Under the pieces are notes generated by a model. That model did no database searches. It was not told the DNA's origin and saw only the letters and a program-made list of their open reading frames with translations. Source: an uncultured Clostridia bacterium (lineage in GTDB: Bacteria > Bacillota > Clostridia > Oscillospirales > Acutalibacteraceae). Taken from it: a DNA stretch of 64,000 nt. Of the stretch, positions 18,489 through 28,911 are shown piece after piece (the first letter of the stretch is position 1; every line of letters begins with the position of its first letter). The stretch lies in the NCBI GenBank assembly GCA_947627345.1, contig CANQVS010000004.1, positions 37,609 through 101,608 on the forward strand. Direction: 5' to 3'. The translations under genes and the position numbers were made by a program.

Positions 18489-18937
18489 GGGGGATATGAA
18501 TTGTCAGAAAGAATACGTTGTTTGACGTGGAGATAAAAAGCTGAACCTATTTCCTATATTCAAAAAAAGATAGAGAAACAATCACTCGGGGGATATGAAC
18601 TGTCAGAAAAAACGCGTTGTTTGATGTGGAGATAAAAAGCTGAACCTATTTCCTATATTCAAAACAAGATAGAGAAACAATCACTCGGGGGATATGAATT
18701 GTCAGAAAAAACGCGTTGTTTGACGTGGAGATAAAAAAATGACCATATTTCCTATATTCAAAACAAGATAGAGAAACAATCACTCGGGGGATATGAACTG
18801 TCAGAAAGAATACGTTGTTTGACGTGGAGATAAAAAGCTGGACCTATTTCCTATATTCAAAACAAGATAGAGAAACAATAACTCGGGAGTATGAATTGCC
18901 GAAGAATAACCGCATTGTTTTATGTAGAGATAAAAAA
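18489..18937. repeat. Tandem array of 99 bp units (4 full plus 1 partial)
   Basis: Unit starts at 18489, 18588, 18687, 18786 and 18885; near-identical over the whole unit; stop codons in all six frames of the unit. Confidence 0.95.
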
Positions 18938-18966
18938 GGACCGAAAGCAATGCTTTCGGCCTTTTT
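18932..18966 (-). terminator. tuf terminator (bidirectional appearance)
   Basis: AAAAAAGG-a-CCGAAAGCA-a-TGCTTTCGG-CCTTTTT. Confidence 0.85.
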
Positions 18967-18978
18967 ATGTGATTTTAA

Positions 18979-20187
18979 TTATTCGTTGATAGCGATAACT
19001 GCGCCTGAACCTACTGTTCTACCGCCTTCACGGATAGCGAAACGAAGACCAACTTCGATAGCGATAGGAGTGATAAGCTCAACGTCCATTTCTACGTTAT
19101 CACCGGGCATACACATCTCTGTTCCCTCGGGAAGAGTGATTGTACCAGTAACGTCAGTTGTTCTGAAATAGAACTGAGGACGATAGTTGTTAAAGAACGG
19201 TGTATGACGGCCACCCTCGTCCTTAGTAAGAACGTAAACCTGACCGCGGAACTTTGTGTGAGGATTGATAGAACCGGGCTTAGCAAGAACCTGTCCTCTT
19301 TCAATCTCTGTTCTCTGAACACCACGGAGAAGTGCGCCAACGTTGTCGCCTGCCTCAGCATAGTCAAGAGTCTTTCTGAACATCTCAAGACCTGTAACAA
19401 CAACCTTACGTCTTTCCTCTGTAAGACCAACGATTTCAACCTCGTCGTTAGTGTTAATCTTTCCTCTTTCAACTCTACCTGTAGCAACAGTACCACGACC
19501 TGTGATAGTGAATACGTCCTCGACAGGCATAATGAACGGAAGGTCAGACTTTCTCTCAGGAGTAGGAATATACTCGTCTACAGCGTCCATAAGCTTGTGG
19601 ATGCACTCATACTCAGGAGCGTTAGGATCAGTAGATGTACACTGAAGTGCAACATATGCAGAACCGGGGATGATAGGTGTATCGTCGCCGGGGAACTCAT
19701 ACTCGTTAAGAATATCTCTGATTTCCATCTCTACGAGCTCAAGAAGCTCGGGGTCATCAACCTGGTCAGTCTTGTTCATAAATACAACAATGTAAGGAAC
19801 GCCAACCTGACGTGAAAGAAGAATATGCTCTCTTGTCTGAGGCATAGGACCGTCAGCAGCAGAAACAACGAGGATAGCGCCGTCCATCTGAGCAGCACCT
19901 GTAATCATATTCTTAACGTAGTCGGCATGTCCGGGGCAGTCAACGTGAGCATAGTGACGCTTTTCTGTTTGATACTCAACGTGAGCTGTGTTGATTGTGA
20001 TACCACGCTCTCTCTCTTCGGGAGCCTTATCAATGTTAGCATAATCAACAAAGTCGGCAGCAGACGAATCAGTAAGGCTAAGTACCTTTGTGATAGCAGC
20101 CGTGAGGGTTGTCTTACCATGGTCAACGTGACCGATGGTACCAATGTTTACATGCGGTTTATTTCTTTCAAATTTCTCTCTTGCCAT
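18979..20187 (-). CDS. tuf: Elongation factor Tu
   Basis: [25 protein letters not shown]. Confidence 0.99.
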   Translation of the reverse strand: MAREKFERNKPHVNIGTIGHVDHGKTTLTAAITKVLSLTDSSAADFVDYANIDKAPEERERGITINTAHVEYQTEKRHYAHVDCPGHADYVKNMITGAAQMDGAILVVSAADGPMPQTREHILLSRQVGVPYIVVFMNKTDQVDDPELLELVEMEIRDILNEYEFPGDDTPIIPGSAYVALQCTSTDPNAPEYECIHKLMDAVDEYIPTPERKSDLPFIMPVEDVFTITGRGTVATGRVERGKINTNDEVEIVGLTEERRKVVVTGLEMFRKTLDYAEAGDNVGALLRGVQRTEIERGQVLAKPGSINPHTKFRGQVYVLTKDEGGRHTPFFNNYRPQFYFRTTDVTGTITLPEGTEMCMPGDNVEMDVELITPIAIEVGLRFAIREGGRTVGSGAVIAINE

Positions 20188-20269
20188 TTGAAAAAATCCT
20201 CCTTTAAATTAAATTTTACATAGCTATTTTAGCAATTAATTGGAAAAATTGCAATAGTTTTTTTAATGT

Positions 20270-22363
20270 TTAGTCTTTCTTTGCCTTTTCAGACATAATT
20301 TTCTCAGCAATACTTCTCGGAACTTCCGCATATGTGTCGGGTTCCATTACATATTGGCCTCTGCCCTGTGTGATAGAACGCATATCAGTAGCGTAGCCGA
20401 ACATCTCCGAAAGCGGAACCTGCGCGGTAATTCTGTCAGTGCCGTTTTCTGATTCCGTACCCTGTACCATACCGCGACGGCTGTTAAGGTCGCCGATAAC
20501 TCCTCCCATATACTCATCGGGAACAGTAACAGAAACCTTCATAAGGGGTTCCAAAAGAACAGGGTCAGCTTTCTTCATAGCGTCCTTAAACGCCATAGAA
20601 CCCGCAATCTTAAACGCCATTTCGGATGAATCGACCTCGTGATAAGAACCGTCGTAAAGCTCTACTCTACAGTCAACTACATTGTATCCTGCAACAACAC
20701 CGCTCTGCATAGCGCCCTGAATACCCTGGTCAACAGCAGGAATGTATTCCTTGGGAATTGCACCGCCGACAACCTTGTTCTCAAACACATAGCCCTCTCC
20801 GGGGTTCGGAAATACATTAATCTTAACGTGACCGTACTGACCCTTACCGCCTGACTGACGGGCATACTTGCAATCTACAGAAGCCTCTTTGCGGATAGTT
20901 TCCTTATAAGCAACCTGAGGTTTACCGATGTTAGCTTCAACCTTGAACTCACGAAGAAGTCTGTCTACGATAATCTCAAGATGTAACTCGCCCATACCTG
21001 CAATGATAGTCTGACCTGTCTCTTCGTCTGTATAAGCCTTAAATGTCGGGTCTTCTTCGGCGAGTTTCGCAAGCGCGATACCCATTTTTTCCTGACCCGC
21101 CTTTGTTTTAGGCTCAATGGCTACACGGATAACGGGATCGGGGAACTCCATAGACTCAAGAATTACAGGATGGTCTTCATCGCAGAGTGTATCTCCTGTT
21201 GTAGTGTTTTTAAGACCAACGGCAGCGGCAATATCACCTGAATATACAATATCAAGGTCTTTTCTGTCGTTTGCGTGCATCTGAAGAATACGTCCGACTC
21301 TTTCACGATTTCCTTTTACGGAGTTGTAAACTGCGGAACCCTTAGCAAGAGTACCGGAATAAACTCTGAAGAAACAAAGCTTACCTACAAACGGGTCGGT
21401 AGCAATCTTAAATGCTAAAGCAGAGAACGGCTCGCTGTCAGATGAAGGTCTTTCAACCTCCTCGTTGGTTTCGGGATCGATACCCTTAATTGCGGGAACG
21501 TCTACGGGAGACGGCATATAATCTACAATTGCGTCGAGAAGTTTCTGAACTCCCTTGTTACGGTAGGAAGTACCGCAGGTTACGGGAACCATTGTATTCT
21601 CGATTGTGCATTTACGGATTGTAGCCTTAATTTCTTCCTCTGTAAGCTCCTCGCCCGAAAAATATTTTTCCATAAGAGCCTCGTCCTGCTCCGCAACAGC
21701 CTCGATAAGCTCATCATGGTATTTCTGCGCTAATTCTTTCATATCCTCGGGAATTTCTTCCTCTCTCATATCCTTGCCGAGGTCGTCATAATAAACCTCA
21801 GCCTTCATAGATACGAGGTCGATAATTCCCTTGAAAGTATCTTCTACACCGATAGGAAGCTGAATAGGAACAGCGTTACACTTTAATCTGTCCTTCATCA
21901 TCTGAACAACTCTGTAGAAGTCAGCGCCCATAATGTCCATTTTATTTACATAGACCATTCTCGGAACTCCGTAGTTATCAGCCTGACGCCATACAGTTTC
22001 CGACTGAGGCTCAACGCCCCCCTTAGCGCAGAGAACTGTTACAGAGCCGTCAAGCACACGAAGTGAACGCTCAACCTCAACTGTGAAGTCAACGTGTCCC
22101 GGTGTATCAATGATGTTAATTCTTACATCGTTTTTCTTACTGTCTTTCCAGAAACAAGTTGTAGCAGCGGAGGTAATTGTAATACCTCTCTCCTGCTCCT
22201 GTACCATCCAGTCCATCGTAGCGCCACCGTCATGGGTTTCGCCAATTTTATGGTTGATACCTGTGTAGAACAGGATTCTTTCTGTCGTTGTCGTTTTACC
22301 GGCGTCTATGTGAGCCATAATGCCGATGTTTCTGGTCTGTTCGAGTGATACTTGTCTTGACAT
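20270..22363 (-). CDS. fusA: Elongation factor G
   Basis: [17 protein letters not shown]; RBS places the start at MSRQV. Confidence 0.99.
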   Translation of the reverse strand: MSRQVSLEQTRNIGIMAHIDAGKTTTTERILFYTGINHKIGETHDGGATMDWMVQEQERGITITSAATTCFWKDSKKNDVRINIIDTPGHVDFTVEVERSLRVLDGSVTVLCAKGGVEPQSETVWRQADNYGVPRMVYVNKMDIMGADFYRVVQMMKDRLKCNAVPIQLPIGVEDTFKGIIDLVSMKAEVYYDDLGKDMREEEIPEDMKELAQKYHDELIEAVAEQDEALMEKYFSGEELTEEEIKATIRKCTIENTMVPVTCGTSYRNKGVQKLLDAIVDYMPSPVDVPAIKGIDPETNEEVERPSSDSEPFSALAFKIATDPFVGKLCFFRVYSGTLAKGSAVYNSVKGNRERVGRILQMHANDRKDLDIVYSGDIAAAVGLKNTTTGDTLCDEDHPVILESMEFPDPVIRVAIEPKTKAGQEKMGIALAKLAEEDPTFKAYTDEETGQTIIAGMGELHLEIIVDRLLREFKVEANIGKPQVAYKETIRKEASVDCKYARQSGGKGQYGHVKINVFPNPGEGYVFENKVVGGAIPKEYIPAVDQGIQGAMQSGVVAGYNVVDCRVELYDGSYHEVDSSEMAFKIAGSMAFKDAMKKADPVLLEPLMKVSVTVPDEYMGGVIGDLNSRRGMVQGTESENGTDRITAQVPLSEMFGYATDMRSITQGRGQYVMEPDTYAEVPRSIAEKIMSEKAKKD

Positions 22364-22396
22364 AAAATATCCTCCTCTCAAATTACCTTTTTTACA

Positions 22397-22867
22397 TTAC
22401 CATCTGTAATGTGCGAAAGCCTTGTTAGCCTCAGCCATCTTGTGAGTGTCCTCACGCTTTTTGAACGCTGAACCCGTGCTATTAATAGCGTCTAAAATCT
22501 CGCCTGCAAGTCTTTCTTTCATAGTTTTCTCGCTGCGGGTTCTCGAATAGGTTGTAATCCAGCGCAGACCGAGCGTCTGACGTCTTGCGGGACGAACCTC
22601 AATCGGAACCTGATAAGTAGCACCGCCGACACGGCGGGCCTTTACCTCGAGTACAGGCATTACGTTTTCCATAGCCTGCTCAAAAACCTCTAACGGGTCT
22701 TTGCCTGTCTTTTCAGCAACAATATCAAATGCTCCGTAAACAATTTTCTGAGCAACACCCTTTTTACCGTCGAGCATAATGTTGTTGATAAGACGAGTTA
22801 CTAATTTTGAGTTATAAAGCGGATCAGGTAATACATCTCGCTTTGCAATAGAACCTCTTCTTGGCAC
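22397..22867 (-). CDS. rpsG: 30S ribosomal protein S7
   Basis: GTG start at PRRG; [11 protein letters not shown]; 156 aa. Confidence 0.98.
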   Translation of the reverse strand: MPRRGSIAKRDVLPDPLYNSKLVTRLINNIMLDGKKGVAQKIVYGAFDIVAEKTGKDPLEVFEQAMENVMPVLEVKARRVGGATYQVPIEVRPARRQTLGLRWITTYSRTRSEKTMKERLAGEILDAINSTGSAFKKREDTHKMAEANKAFAHYRW

Positions 22868-23014
22868 TTTGCTTCCCTCCTTCACAATAATTGAGATATC
22901 ATAGGTACTCGAAAGCGACAAACTCCCGTATGCCAACAAGACGTTCTTAGAATATATGAACATCTTGTATAGCTATACAAGTTTAATTTCACTTAAACGG
23001 CAGTTGTCATTTCC

Positions 23015-23437
23015 TTACTTTTTACCTGCTTTTGGGCGCTTTGCGCCATACTTGGAACGAGCCTGCATACGTCCTGAAACACCCTGAGCATCAAGTGTGC
23101 CTCTGATAATATGATAACGTACACCAGGTAAGTCCTTAACACGTCCGCCTCTGATAAGAACAACGGAGTGCTCCTGAAGATTGTGACCTACGCCGGGGAT
23201 ATAGGAACTGACTTCGATACCGTTTGAAAGTCTTACTCTGGCAATTTTTCTAAGCGCAGAGTTAGGCTTTTTAGGGGTAGCTGTCTTAACGGCAGTACAA
23301 ACGCCTCTCTTCTGTGGTGAGCTCTGGTCGATTGCTCGACGCTTCTGTGAGTTCCAACCCTTTAAAAGAGCAGGTGCCTTTGCCTTTTTTTCAGTTACCT
23401 GTCTGCCCTTGCGAACAAGCTGGTTAAATGTAGGCAT
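23015..23437 (-). CDS. rpsL: 30S ribosomal protein S12
   Basis: [20 protein letters not shown]. Confidence 0.99.
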   Translation of the reverse strand: MPTFNQLVRKGRQVTEKKAKAPALLKGWNSQKRRAIDQSSPQKRGVCTAVKTATPKKPNSALRKIARVRLSNGIEVSSYIPGVGHNLQEHSVVLIRGGRVKDLPGVRYHIIRGTLDAQGVSGRMQARSKYGAKRPKAGKK

Positions 23438-23605
23438 ATTTCTCCTCCTTCTTTAAAAATTTTTATTTTATCGGTTATTTTATAAAACTAAAACCGAAAA
23501 ATAAACAATGTTAAAATGCACAATAAAACGTAGATTTCATCGGGCATTTCGGATGTTTTAGATAGTTTTTTTAACGCACTACCACACAATATCCGACAAT
23601 AAATT

Positions 23606-23634
23606 ATTTTATCAAAACAGGGTGAATTTGTCAA
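23606..23634 (-). promoter_or_regulatory. str operon promoter
   Basis: TTGACA-17-TGaTAAAAT. Confidence 0.8.
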
Positions 23635-23808
23635 GAGTTTTATTTAAGTGATTTTTGATAAATAATATGTATTAATAAACAATAAAATAAAATGATAAAA
23701 TACTTTCTCCCGACAGAATTTTACCGATCTCAAAAAGAGCGTTAAAATCTATCGGGATTAAAACAAATTTATACTGTTTTCCGACCGAGCTTATTAGTTA
23801 ATAACAGA

Positions 23809-24237
23809 TTATAAGAACGATTTCATTTCCTCAATGTTTGCCTGCTGGGTACTCATAAGCTTATCCGCTAAACTGCTTACAATCTGATTTTTCTTGTCGT
23901 AATGACGTATATGCTGAGCAATCTTTTTAACTCCCATTGTGTTGCCCTCAATCATCATTTCGGCAATATGGGAAGTGGAGTTGTCGTTTTTCATCTCGCG
24001 TTTTGTTTTTGCTCTTGCGAGAGCGGAGACCGCTTTGCTAACCCTTACAGGTGAATAACCGCGGTTTCGCAATATGTTGTACGCATTATGATAAATGTGA
24101 CTGTACTCAATATTTTGAGAACGCAGAGCGTTGCTGATGTCAGCGTTTTTTGCATAAGGTTTAAGGTCGTTTATTCCGTGGCAACCCATTTCCGCATTTT
24201 TCATAATAAACTGTAGCATTTCTTCATCGTTAATCAT
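23809..24237 (-). CDS. Conserved Clostridial helical (ferritin-like) hypothetical protein
   Basis: Good RBS; HIAEMMIEGNTMG motif; family call by eye. Confidence 0.55.
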   Translation of the reverse strand: MINDEEMLQFIMKNAEMGCHGINDLKPYAKNADISNALRSQNIEYSHIYHNAYNILRNRGYSPVRVSKAVSALARAKTKREMKNDNSTSHIAEMMIEGNTMGVKKIAQHIRHYDKKNQIVSSLADKLMSTQQANIEEMKSFL

Positions 24238-24423
24238 AATATCACCTCATTTTTAGTATAACCGAGGCGTAAAAGAATATAATAAATATTGCCTATTTTT
24301 TTAGATATAGTCTTATATAATTTAGAAAATATAATTTTATTTCCAATAAAATATCAAATTAAAAATTTTGAAATACAAAAAAGCAGACTAAATGTCTGCT
24401 TTTTAATTACATATAAGATTTTG

Positions 24424-24993
24424 TTATTTAATAATCTCTCCGTAAACCTCTCCAGAAAGTCCTGCGGCATTTGCCTCGTCTGTGTCTATGTGCATAGCTT
24501 TGGCGTAGTTTTTGCTCACGCGAACTACAACGTCTCCGAAAATTGTTTCACGTGCGCCCGAATTTCCTACCTTAACAGAAACAATCTGCTTGTCCTCGAG
24601 TCCCATTTCCTCCGCATCGGCGGGAGTAAGGTGAATATGTCTTTTAGCCGCGATTACACCACATTCAATTTCAATTTCCCCGTTAGGTCCTATAAGCTTA
24701 CATCCCGGTGTTCCCTTGATGTCGCCCGACTCTCGAACTGGAGGAGTTATACCGAGCTTGCGGGCGTCTGTAAGCGAAACTTCAACCTGAGTTTCAGCCC
24801 GCTCGGGTCCGAGAATAGACAAAGCCATCTCTCCTCTCGGTCCGACTACCGTTACCTTTTCAACACATGCGAACTGTCCCGGCTGTGATAAATCTTTTTT
24901 ATTAGTAAGCTGCGCGTCTTTTCCGTAAAGAACTTCAAAATCCTCTCTCGAAACGTGAATGTGACGAGCGGAGGTTTCGACTAAAACTTTCAT
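24424..24993 (-). CDS. pduL: Phosphate propanoyl/acetyltransferase, PduL family
   Basis: SARHIHV, DLSQPGQFA, RHIHL, MHIDTDEANA. Confidence 0.95.
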   Translation of the reverse strand: MKVLVETSARHIHVSREDFEVLYGKDAQLTNKKDLSQPGQFACVEKVTVVGPRGEMALSILGPERAETQVEVSLTDARKLGITPPVRESGDIKGTPGCKLIGPNGEIEIECGVIAAKRHIHLTPADAEEMGLEDKQIVSVKVGNSGARETIFGDVVVRVSKNYAKAMHIDTDEANAAGLSGEVYGEIIK

Positions 24994-25119
24994 TTTACTA
25001 ACCACCAATCAAAAAATTTCTGCAAAAGCAGTTTATAGTTATTTTAACTCATTATAGATTAAAATTCAAGGGTTATAATAGGGTATATTATATTTTTAAA
25101 AGTTTTGCGGAGGTTAAAA

Positions 25120-25701
25120 ATGTATAACAGTTTCAGCGAACTTAGGGAAAATTGTGTTGAGTGCAGAAAATGCGGACTGTGCGAAACAAGGCACAATGTC
25201 GTTGTCGGAGTTGGAAACGAAAACGCTGACGTGCTCTTTATCGGAGAAGGTCCGGGCGAAAACGAGGATTTGCAGGGCGAACCGTTCGTAGGCAGAGGCG
25301 GTAAACTGCTTGATAAAATGATGAATGCCGTGGACTTAGACAGACATAAAAATATCTACATTGCTAATATTGTAAAATGCAGACCACCCCATAACCGCGA
25401 CCCGAAACCTGAGGAACAGGATATGTGCATTGACTGGCTGAGAAATCAAGTCAGATTGATTAATCCTAAAATCATTGTGTGTTTGGGACGAATTTCCGCG
25501 CAGAAATTAATAAAACCCGATTTAAGAATAACAAAAGAACACGGACTTTTCTTTCAAAAAGGGGAATTTCTTATGATGCCTATGTTTCACCCTGCCGCAA
25601 TTTTGAGAAATCCTAATCAAAAACCCGACGCTTTTGACGATTTTTTAAAACTCAGGGAGAAGATTAAAGAAGTCTGCCCGAGTACATATGAGGAAATTTA
25701 A
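25120..25701 (+). CDS. Uracil-DNA glycosylase family 4
   Basis: CRKCGLC, GEGPG, PFVGRGG, NIVKCRPP, FHPAA. Confidence 0.93.
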   Translation: MYNSFSELRENCVECRKCGLCETRHNVVVGVGNENADVLFIGEGPGENEDLQGEPFVGRGGKLLDKMMNAVDLDRHKNIYIANIVKCRPPHNRDPKPEEQDMCIDWLRNQVRLINPKIIVCLGRISAQKLIKPDLRITKEHGLFFQKGEFLMMPMFHPAAILRNPNQKPDAFDDFLKLREKIKEVCPSTYEEI

Positions 25702-25860
25702 TTTTTATATTTAAAACTTTTGTATAAATCCTTTTGGATATGTTCCTTAAAAAAGGTAATGCAACGTTTAGCGAGATAAAAATTATGAATTAAGAATTAA
25801 AACGCTAACATTTAACTTTTATGTTGTATTTTAAAGAAAACGTCGTGAAAAAATATAGAG

Positions 25861-25961
25861 CAGAACCTTTCCTGACTATCCAAAGTAAATAGAATCTCAA
25901 ACGTCTGGGGGATATGAAGTATCAGATAGGAGCTTTAATGTCTGACGCAGATATATAAAAA
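25861..25961. repeat. Terminator-adjacent repeat, copy C
   Basis: CAGAACC..CTATCCAAAGTAA..GGGGGATATGAA..TCAGA..TGACGCAGATATATAAAAA abutting the hairpin TCCGAGC..GCTTGGA. Confidence 0.85.
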
Positions 25962-26023
25962 TCCGAGCCATACCGTACGGTACAGCTTGGATTTTGTCTT
26001 AATTTGGAAATGGAGTAGAATTT

Positions 26024-27082
26024 TTATTCTTTCTTTTTATGAAATGCAAGTAAAGTTATTATAGACAGAGCCATAATAAGAGCCGAGATTATAAGAATTG
26101 TATCCTCCTGACCGTCTGCCCCGGAACCTGAATTATTGACGGACGAATTAGTGTTTTGTGCTTTTATGCTACTGTTTTTTTGGTTGTTCGCGCTTGGAGT
26201 ATAGCCTTCTTTTGCACGCTTTTTGGCTTTATCTTTATTAATTTTTTCTTTCGTTGAGTAAGCCTTGGAATATGCGTTTTCAAGCATTTTTTGTATTGTG
26301 TTATACTCTGATTCAGGCAGTCCGAGATTTTTGGATAGTATGTAAGTGTAAACCTCCTGAATATCTTTTACCTCAAACTTTTTAAGCGCGTCAACAAGAG
26401 TGTTTTCGGCGTTAACAAATTTGCTGTTGTAATAGGTTGGAAGCCAATCGCCGATAACCTGTATACCGTTTTCATTTGGGCAAAGCTTTGAACCGACAAT
26501 GTTTCCAATTGAGGTGATAGCCAAATGAGGACCATAAATAGAACTGTTTTTGCTCCATACCGCCTCATAAGCGTCCTTATTTGAATCCATAACATTCTCG
26601 ATTTTTTTACCCGTCATTTTAGCGGTATCGCCAACGCAATCCAATCCAAAGGTTAAATCGTAGGTTTGAACTCCCGTATCTGCGCTGAAGATAACGCAAT
26701 AGTCCGTGCCGGATTTCATTCCTCCTGAAACCAGGGTGGAGTCCGCAAGTCTTGAAAGGTCGTAAGAGTATTTTGAGCCATTCTTTTTGCAAACCTCCTT
26801 TTTGGACTGCCAGTTAAAGAATTTTTCACCGCCTCTTACCCAAATGTGACAGTAAATATTTGCAAAATTTTTCCATCCGCTTGCATCAAAATAGATTATC
26901 TTTCCTGTCCCTGTTGTCATACTTGAACTATCAGCGCCGACGCTATTGCTTCCCTCTGCTCCGACCGAGCTGTTGCTGTCAGCTCCCGCTGCAGCGTTAT
27001 CAATATCGACCGCATTAACCGAAGCAGTTGCTAAAATTATCATAAGCGCTGATAAAACAGTACAAATGATTTTTTTCAACAT
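26024..27082 (-). CDS. Secreted, C-terminally anchored protein with a CBM26-like (starch-binding-type) domain, paralog 1
   Basis: Signal peptide, Ser/Ala linker, IYFDASGW..IYCHIW..FFNWQSK; ends GSGADG + TM + KKKE. Confidence 0.6.
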   Translation of the reverse strand: MLKKIICTVLSALMIILATASVNAVDIDNAAAGADSNSSVGAEGSNSVGADSSSMTTGTGKIIYFDASGWKNFANIYCHIWVRGGEKFFNWQSKKEVCKKNGSKYSYDLSRLADSTLVSGGMKSGTDYCVIFSADTGVQTYDLTFGLDCVGDTAKMTGKKIENVMDSNKDAYEAVWSKNSSIYGPHLAITSIGNIVGSKLCPNENGIQVIGDWLPTYYNSKFVNAENTLVDALKKFEVKDIQEVYTYILSKNLGLPESEYNTIQKMLENAYSKAYSTKEKINKDKAKKRAKEGYTPSANNQKNSSIKAQNTNSSVNNSGSGADGQEDTILIISALIMALSIITLLAFHKKKE

Positions 27083-27368
27083 TAAAATCTCCTCCTAAAA
27101 ATCTTGAAAATTGTTTCAAGAATGAATAGCAGCGAAATAAGCATTATCGCTGTCCCCTGAGCAAAATTCTTATTTCGTTACTGTAAATTCATAATATCAC
27201 TGAGGTCTGTTTTTTTAATGGAGTTAATCTGTTTTTTATATGTATTTTTGGAAAAAATTGTTTTTTATAAATCACTTTTAATATATAATTAGAAATATAA
27301 AGTATAAGAGGAACAGTAAGTAAAACGAGTAAAATATTTGTGAATATCAATCCGGATAAGAACTTAAT

Positions 27369-27470
27369 TATCTGACATATATAAAATCAGAACCTTTCCT
27401 TTCTATACAAAACAGAAAATATGTCTGAAAACGGACTTGCGAGGAGGGCTGCAATATTATTTAACGCAAA
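27369..27470. repeat. Degenerate member of the dispersed repeat family, copy D
   Basis: CAGAACCTTTCC..CTATACAAAAC..TGTCTGAAAACGGA..CTGCAATAT; shares blocks with 7-20, 51-155 and 29948-30027. Confidence 0.6.
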
Positions 27471-27557
27471 CAAAGGCTCTATAATAAAAGCTATATAATA
27501 AGGCTTATAATAAAAAGGCTTTAAAATAAAAGTTGGGGTAACAAACAGAGACTAAAT

Positions 27558-27588
27558 AAAAAGGTCTGTGCCGAAACACAGACCTTTT
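27558..27588 (-). terminator. Intrinsic terminator
   Basis: AAAAAGGTCTGTG-ccgaaa-CACAGACCTTTT. Confidence 0.85.
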
Positions 27589-27621
27589 GTTTATGTCTTA
27601 ATTAAATATTTTCTTATTTAA

Positions 27622-28689
27622 TTATTCAGTTCTTCTTCTGCGTGTAACAAACATTACACCTGCTGCAGCAAGCATAACACCTGCAAGTACAAAGAAGATT
27701 GTATCTTCTTCACCGTCAGCTCCTGAACCTGAGCTGTTAGTTGAACTGCTTCCTGTTGAGCTTGAAGACGAACTGCTTGAGCCTGAGGAAATAGCGCTTG
27801 TGCTACCGCCGCCATTCTTGATAGCCTCTGACTGATTCTTAGCCTTTTTATCGTCAATCTTAGCAGCTTTCTGTGAAGGATAAGCCTTCTTGAACGCATC
27901 TTCAAGTATCTTCTTCATAGCAGCTTCGTCCTCGCCTGTCTTCTTGGAAAGGATATAAGCATATGCAACCTGAATATCATCAGCAGACTTAATACCAAAC
28001 TTAGGATAAGCCTTTACGAGAGTGCTTTCAGCATTTACGTTCTTGCTCTTGTAATAATTCGGGAGCCAGTCGCCGATAACTTCTGTACCCTTTTCGTTCG
28101 GGCAAAGCTTAGATCCAACAATGTTACCGATTGAGGTAATTGCTAAGTGAGGACCATATGATGAGCTGTTGTTTGACCATACAGCCTCAAAAGCCTGTTT
28201 CTCGGAGTCCATAGGATTTTCAATCTTTTTTCCTCCTGAAAGCTTAACTGTATCACCGATGCAAGGCTTACCGAATGTCAAGTCGTAAGTCTGAACACCC
28301 GTGTCAGCACTAAAGATTACACAATAATCTTTTCCGGACTGAAGTCCGCCCGAAACTGTTGCTTTCGGATCATCAAGCTTGGAAAGGTCGTAAGCATACT
28401 TAGAACCCTGCTTTGTGCAAGCTTCTTTCTTAGACTGCCAAGAGAAGAATGAGTCTCCGCCTCTCTGCCAAATATGGCAGAAAATTGTTGTAAAGTTCTT
28501 CCAACCGCTTGCGTCAAAGTAAATCATATTACCCGCGCCCGAAACAGCACTGGAAGTATCTGCGCCGGCAGAGTTGTTGCTGTCCGCGCCTACGTTAGAG
28601 TCTGTAACTTCTGCTGCGGAAACTGCTACAACAGCCATAGCAAAAATCATAACTACTGCTAACGCGATAGAAATAATTCTTTTAATCAT
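27622..28689 (-). CDS. CBM26-like anchored protein, paralog 2
   Basis: Clearly paralogous to 26024-27082; Ser-rich stalk; ends GSGADG + TM + RRRR; TTGCGA-17-TATAAT promoter at 28747-28775. Confidence 0.6.
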   Translation of the reverse strand: MIKRIISIALAVVMIFAMAVVAVSAAEVTDSNVGADSNNSAGADTSSAVSGAGNMIYFDASGWKNFTTIFCHIWQRGGDSFFSWQSKKEACTKQGSKYAYDLSKLDDPKATVSGGLQSGKDYCVIFSADTGVQTYDLTFGKPCIGDTVKLSGGKKIENPMDSEKQAFEAVWSNNSSSYGPHLAITSIGNIVGSKLCPNEKGTEVIGDWLPNYYKSKNVNAESTLVKAYPKFGIKSADDIQVAYAYILSKKTGEDEAAMKKILEDAFKKAYPSQKAAKIDDKKAKNQSEAIKNGGGSTSAISSGSSSSSSSSTGSSSTNSSGSGADGEEDTIFFVLAGVMLAAAGVMFVTRRRRTE

Positions 28690-28911
28690 TAAAATCTCCT
28701 CCAAAATAATATTAAGACATATTTAAGACATAGTCCCATTAATGATATTATACAATATTAGTTACAATTTCGCAATAAAAAGTTTCTGAAAATGCAATGT
28801 CGTTTTACACAAAGATTATGGTAAATATTTGAACAATATGCACAATTATTTGATATAAAGGTAAAATAAAACAGCTCTGCTTGTTTATATTGAACAGAGC
28901 CGTTATGATAA

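Noticed and set aside
18489-18937. CRISPR array
   Set aside because: Units are conserved over all 99 bp with no unique spacers, and no cas genes are present.
18815-19171. ORF crossing the repeat array and tuf antisense
   Set aside because: It opens only because of a point change in unit 4, and most of it is antisense to tuf.
18979-23437. str operon separated from the S10 cluster
   Set aside because: Decoupling of tuf from rpsJ is common in Clostridia and not notable on its own.
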